From Vicinamibacteria bacterium (lineage in GTDB: Bacteria; Acidobacteriota; Vicinamibacteria; Marinacidobacterales; Marinacidobacteraceae): DNA of 64,000 nucleotides. The stretch lies in contig OY821641.1 in NCBI GenBank assembly GCA_963555995.3, forward strand, positions 2,304,001 through 2,368,000. Direction: 5' to 3'. Positions 59,549 through 64,000 of the stretch are shown here, one piece after another (the stretch's first letter is position 1; every line of letters starts with the position of its first letter). The notes below the pieces were generated by a model, which saw only the letters and a list, made by a program, of their open reading frames with translations, ran no database searches and was not told where the DNA came from. The position numbers and the translations under genes are program-made.

Positions 59549-60250
59549 ATGAAGCACATCCTCGTCATCGAGGACGACCCGGACATCGTCGAACTCCTCC
59601 GTTACAACCTGGAGCGCGAGTCCTATCGTGTGACGTCCGCGGTCACGGGTTCCGAGGGACTGGCCGAGTTGCAGACGGAGCGGCCGGATCTGGTGATTCT
59701 GGACCTGATGCTGCCCGAGGTCAGCGGGTTCGAGCTCTGCCGGCGACTGCGCAGGGACTCCGTAACCGAGAACCTCCCGGTCATCATGCTGACGGCTCGG
59801 AGTGAGGAGTCCGACGTGATCGCCGGCATCGAACTGGGAGCCGACGACTACATCAAGAAGCCGTTCAGTCCCCGGGAGCTGGTCGCGCGCGTGGGAGCGG
59901 TGCTGCGGAGGGCCGGGCATCCGAAACCGCCGGCCCCCAGGCCCGAAGACGGGACTCTCGAATTCGGCGATCTCTCGATCGACCCGGCTTCACACCGGGT
60001 GCGGCGCGCCGGCGACGACCTCCCGGTGACGCACCTCGAATTCAAGTTGCTCCACTATCTGGCATCCCACCCGGGCCGCGTCTTCTCCCGCGAACGCCTG
60101 CTCGATCGCGTGTGGGGACGCGAGAAATACATCACGCTCCGGAGCGTGGATGTCTATGTGCGCCGCCTGCGCCAGAAGGTGGACGTGTCCGGGAAGCCGT
60201 CGCTCCTCAAGACGGTTCGGGGCGCCGGGTATCGCTTCGAACCACCTTGA
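59549..60250 (+). CDS. OmpR/PhoB family response regulator
   Basis: IEDD, LDLMLP, MLTARSEE, ADDYIKKPFSPREL, RSVDVYVRRLR, TVRGAGY. Confidence 0.93.
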   Translation: MKHILVIEDDPDIVELLRYNLERESYRVTSAVTGSEGLAELQTERPDLVILDLMLPEVSGFELCRRLRRDSVTENLPVIMLTARSEESDVIAGIELGADDYIKKPFSPRELVARVGAVLRRAGHPKPPAPRPEDGTLEFGDLSIDPASHRVRRAGDDLPVTHLEFKLLHYLASHPGRVFSRERLLDRVWGREKYITLRSVDVYVRRLRQKVDVSGKPSLLKTVRGAGYRFEPP

Positions 60251-62184
60251 AGCCGAAGTCCGACCCGCCGGAGCGGCCCGGACGGTTCCGCCGGCCGTCG
60301 CGGCTGGCGCTCCGCCTGACCGCGGCGAGCCTGCTCGTGGCGCTCGCAGCGCTCATTGCGGTGCTCGCCACCACCGCGCAGGTCGTGAGCGACAGCGCCG
60401 TCGAATCCACTTTCGCGGATCTCGACGGCGTGGCCGAGATCGCACTCGCGAATCCGCCCGCCGACACTTCCATCGAGAGCCTGCGGCAGTGGGCGGTGAC
60501 GTTCGCCTCCTTCGAGAACGATGCGGACGGGATCACCCCGACGCGGCGGGAACGACGGGTGACGCTGGTGGCGGCGGACGGGCGCGTCCTCGCGGACTCC
60601 CATGACGATCCGCGAACCATGGACAACCACCGCGACCGCCCCGAGATCGCCACCGCCTTCGCCGCCGGCTACGGGCGGTCGCAGCGCTTCAGCGACACCC
60701 GCGGCGAGGATCTCACCTACGTGGCCGTCAGGCTGCCGTGGCGTGAGGACGCGGTGTTGCGGGTGTCCGAACCGGTCGTTCAGATCGAGGCGACGGTGGG
60801 AGCCATCCTGACTCCGGTGATCGTGGTGACGGTGCTCGCCTTCCTCGTGGCCGCCGCGTTGTCATTCGGGTTTTCCGCCCGCTTCGGCGAGCGGATTGCG
60901 CGGCTCGTCCGATTCTCGGAGCGGGTGGCCCGGGGGGATTTCACTCCGGAGACATCGCCCTTGCGGATGGACGAACTGGACCAGCTGCTCGCGTCGCTGA
61001 ACCGGACGGCGCTGGAGCTGCAACGCAGTTTCGAGTCCCTGACCGCCGAGAAGAACCAGGGCGCCACCATCCTCTCCAGCGTCGCCGAAGGCGTCGCAGT
61101 GGTCGACGAAGATTTGCGGATCCAGTACGTGAACGGCGCCTTCCGCGAGGTGCTTTCCCTTCCGGGCGAGTCCTGGCGCGACTATCGGGGGCGGCACGTC
61201 CAAAACGTCCTGGAAAAAAAGCGCCTCCTCAAGATGGTGCGGGCGGCGATGCGAGGGACGTCCGATGAACGGGAAATCTCCCTCAATGACCGAGAGGTGC
61301 TGGTCCGCGCCGCCCCCATCCGTTCGATCGAGTCCGAACCACCGCCGGCCACGCCCCCTTCGGAGAACGGTTCTCGACAGCCCGAGCCGGCAGGCGCGGT
61401 CCTGGTCCTCATGGACGTGACCCAGCTCCATGCGCTGGAGCGGGTGCGGCGCGATTTCGTGGCCAACCTCTCCCACGAAATGAAGACGCCGTTGACCGCG
61501 ATCCGCGGTTTTTCGGAGACGCTGCTGGACGGCAACCTCGATGGTCCCCCGGAAGCGAGGCGGTTTCTCGGGATCATCCGCCAGCACGCCGTCCGGCTGT
61601 CCCACCTCACGGACGACCTGATGCGGCTCGCCCGGATCGAGGCCGGCAAGCTGGAGGCCGAGACGGTTCCGGTCCGGATCGAAACCGTCGTGGAGTCCGT
61701 CCTCGAGTCGGCGCGCCTGAAGGCAGGCGACCGCAACCTGGAGACCCGGGGACCGGACGATGCCCGGCCCGTCCGGACCGATCCCAGGCTGCTCACGGAA
61801 ATCCTCCAGAACCTGGTGGACAACGCCATCCAGTACTCCGCTTCCGACGGGCGGATCAAGGTCGCCACCAGGTTCAGCGACGCGGAGGTTGGCATCTCCG
61901 TCAGCGACAACGGGGTGGGCATCCGGAAGGCGCACCTCGGCCGCATCTTCGAACGGTTCTACCGGGTGGACCCGGCCCGGTCCCGGGCAGTCGGCGGAAC
62001 CGGACTCGGTCTGGCGATCGCGAAGCACATCGTGGAGGTCCTCGGGGGACGCATCGAGGTGGAGAGCTCCCCGAAGCAGGGGTCGAAGTTCACGGTGGTC
62101 CTTCCGGCAGCGCCGCTGGACGCCCCGCTCGCCGAAGTCAGCCTCTCCGAGGACGCGGTCTTCGACCACGCCTCCTCGCCGTAG
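60247..62184 (+). CDS. PhoR-like sensor histidine kinase (HAMP, PAS, HisKA, HATPase)
   Basis: MDNHRDRPEI, RRDFVANLSHEMKTPLT, NLVDNAIQY, FERFYRVDPARSR, GGTGLGLAI. Confidence 0.92.
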   Translation: MKPKSDPPERPGRFRRPSRLALRLTAASLLVALAALIAVLATTAQVVSDSAVESTFADLDGVAEIALANPPADTSIESLRQWAVTFASFENDADGITPTRRERRVTLVAADGRVLADSHDDPRTMDNHRDRPEIATAFAAGYGRSQRFSDTRGEDLTYVAVRLPWREDAVLRVSEPVVQIEATVGAILTPVIVVTVLAFLVAAALSFGFSARFGERIARLVRFSERVARGDFTPETSPLRMDELDQLLASLNRTALELQRSFESLTAEKNQGATILSSVAEGVAVVDEDLRIQYVNGAFREVLSLPGESWRDYRGRHVQNVLEKKRLLKMVRAAMRGTSDEREISLNDREVLVRAAPIRSIESEPPPATPPSENGSRQPEPAGAVLVLMDVTQLHALERVRRDFVANLSHEMKTPLTAIRGFSETLLDGNLDGPPEARRFLGIIRQHAVRLSHLTDDLMRLARIEAGKLEAETVPVRIETVVESVLESARLKAGDRNLETRGPDDARPVRTDPRLLTEILQNLVDNAIQYSASDGRIKVATRFSDAEVGISVSDNGVGIRKAHLGRIFERFYRVDPARSRAVGGTGLGLAIAKHIVEVLGGRIEVESSPKQGSKFTVVLPAAPLDAPLAEVSLSEDAVFDHASSP

Positions 62185-64000
62185 GCGCCGTACCGCCACC
62201 GGGTTCCGCAGCCGGTCCGAACTCGAGGTCGCCGCGCAGCGGGTCCACCCGGACCAACTGGGCTTCGAGGGCGTCGCCGATCCGGAAACTCCGGCCGGTC
62301 GCCGGGCAGCGGAGCGAATAGTCCTGGCGGTGGAAACGGAAGCGGCCACCGGTGAGCAACGCCATCGGCACCGTCCCCCGGGCGGGGATCTCGTCGAGTT
62401 CGACGGCCAGACCGAAACGGCCGGTCTCGGAGACGCGGGCGGCGAAGGTGTCGCCAAGCCGGCCGGCGAGCAGCCGCGCGATGCGGCGTTCGACCAGGGT
62501 CCGTTCCGCCGACTCGGCGTTCCGCTCGGTCTCGGAGCACGCGGCGGCGAGCGCCGGGAGCGTCTCGGAATCCGGAGCGCGGGATGACCCGTTCCCGGCG
62601 GCGGCGAGCGCCCGGTGCACGACGAGATCCGGGTACCGCCGGATCGGGGAGGTGAAGTGCGTGTAGTCCGGAAGCGCCAGCGCGAAGTGTCCCCGCGCAC
62701 GAGGCGAATACACCGCCTTCTGCATCGCCCGGAGCAGCTTGCGGCGCAGGAAGGGCGCCTCGGGCCGGGTCTCGAGGCGGGCGAGCAGCCGGGCGCAGTG
62801 GACGGGACGGAGCGGTTCCGAAGGGACGCGCAGCCGTTCGCCGAAGCCGGCCAACAGGTCCTCGAAGGAGTCCACCCGGGTCTCGTCCGGGGCCTCGTGA
62901 ACCCGGTGGAGCGCCGGAGTGTCCGTGCCTCGCAGCCGTTCGGCGACGGCCTGGTTCGCGAGCAGCATGAAGTCCTCGACCAACCGGTGGGCGTCGTTTC
63001 TTTGGCCGTAGCGGGCGTCGAGCAGGTTCCCCGCGGCATCGGCGGTAACCACCGGCTCGGGCAGATCGAGGTCCACGGCTCCCCGTTCGGCGCGCGCCCG
63101 GGCGAGGAGCGCGGCGGCCCGCCCCATGGTCCGGAGCGCCGTACCCAACGGGCCGGAGCCGGCACCGGTGAGGAAACGCGCTCCATCCTCATAGGACAGC
63201 CGGGCGGCGCTCCGGATCACGCCGCGGAAGAAGCGGGCTTCCCGCAGCCGTCCGTCCGGGCCGATTCGCACGCGTACCGACCGGACCAGCCGGTCCACGT
63301 CCGGGAAAAGCGAGCAGATGCCCGAGGACAGCGCTTCGGGCAACATCGGTACGGCGCGCTCGGGGAAGTAGGCCGAGGTTCCCCGCAGAGCGGCCTCCTC
63401 GTCGATGGGGCTGCCGGGTACGACGTAGTGGCTGACGTCGGCGATGTGCACGCCGATCTCGAAGCCGCCGTCCGGTAGCGCGGTCGCCTCGATCGCGTCG
63501 TCGTGATCGCGGGCGTCTTCGGGATCCATGGTCAGAATCAGCCGGCCGCGGCAATCCTCGCGGTCCCCGATCTCGCTCGCGGCGACCGCGGCGGGGGCGG
63601 CCTCCGCCTGCGCCAGCGCTGCCGGTGGGAACTCGTCCCGAATCCCGTACTTCGCGAGGACGGCAAGCAGTTCCGCCCGCGGCTCGTCGGCGGCGCCGAA
63701 GACCGACGCGACCTCTCCGATGACCGGCCTCCCCGGGGCGGGGAAACGCCGGATGCGCACTTCGACGAGATCTCCGGGCTGCGCTCCGCCTGCGGGAAGC
63801 AGGATCTCGCGTGCCCACTGCCGGTCCCAGACGGCGACGGTCCGTTCCGGCGTCACCAGCCCGACGACCGTGGAGGCGTCTCGTTCGACGACCCGGACGA
63901 CAGTCCCTTCGAGCCGTCCGCGCCGGGTGCGGAAGGACGGCTCGACCTCCACGAGATCGCCCGGGAGCGCCCCGCCCACCCGGCCGCGGGTGATGTGGAG
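62138..64000 (-). CDS. rnr: Ribonuclease R / RNB family; 5' part outside the window
   Basis: DPEDARDHDDA, VHIADVSHYV, RGTSAYF, VEDFMLLAN, HFTSPIRRYPDLVVHR, S1 domain. Confidence 0.93.
   Translation of the reverse strand, partial: LHITRGRVGGALPGDLVEVEPSFRTRRGRLEGTVVRVVERDASTVVGLVTPERTVAVWDRQWAREILLPAGGAQPGDLVEVRIRRFPAPGRPVIGEVASVFGAADEPRAELLAVLAKYGIRDEFPPAALAQAEAAPAAVAASEIGDREDCRGRLILTMDPEDARDHDDAIEATALPDGGFEIGVHIADVSHYVVPGSPIDEEAALRGTSAYFPERAVPMLPEALSSGICSLFPDVDRLVRSVRVRIGPDGRLREARFFRGVIRSAARLSYEDGARFLTGAGSGPLGTALRTMGRAAALLARARAERGAVDLDLPEPVVTADAAGNLLDARYGQRNDAHRLVEDFMLLANQAVAERLRGTDTPALHRVHEAPDETRVDSFEDLLAGFGERLRVPSEPLRPVHCARLLARLETRPEAPFLRRKLLRAMQKAVYSPRARGHFALALPDYTHFTSPIRRYPDLVVHRALAAAGNGSSRAPDSETLPALAAACSETERNAESAERTLVERRIARLLAGRLGDTFAARVSETGRFGLAVELDEIPARGTVPMALLTGGRFRFHRQDYSLRCPATGRSFRIGDALEAQLVRVDPLRGDLEFGPAAEPGGGTAPTARRRGRRPRPRRG

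Noticed and set aside
62138-62184. 47-bp convergent overlap of phoR-like and rnr 3' ends
   Set aside because: Low-complexity tails in high-GC DNA commonly overlap; no sign of function.

Overview
Very GC-rich, gene-dense bacterial chromosome segment. The gene styles and a possible Acido-Lenti-1-like RNA suggest an Acidobacteriota-like, perhaps host-associated lineage, but that is inference. Housekeeping and metabolic genes include tkt, ltaE, carAB, malY-like, rnpB, a polyprenyl synthase, tatD, larC, fur, radC, selB, apaH, ppx, pheA, phoBR-like and rnr. There is a probable hydroxyproline/imino-acid catabolic cluster (AcnX, two mu-crystallin reductases, ProDH, NSS transporter), a comEA-pseudopilin pair and two type II TA pairs (Xre-RES and DUF1778-GNAT). 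No cas genes, transposases, rRNAs or tRNAs were recognised. The most notable unexplained structures are: (1) a near-consensus sigma70 promoter, a compact three-way-junction RNA with possible kissing loops and a U-tract, directly ahead of a DUF3800 RNase H-fold gene, a type III TA-like RNA+nuclease layout; (2) a dispersed REP-like palindrome family that is translated in frame inside two enzymes, is tandemly amplified, and brackets a cargo of a frameshifted coiled-coil gene plus a polarised 32-bp x ~11 array; (3) a 27-bp stem with a 48-nt structured insert that buries the selB start codon; (4) 11-bp-periodic PhoB-type boxes ahead of both a porin and a GNAT toxin operon; (5) a complete sigma54 promoter architecture on comEA near an activator lacking its HTH. 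All family calls come from reading motifs by eye; no searches were run.
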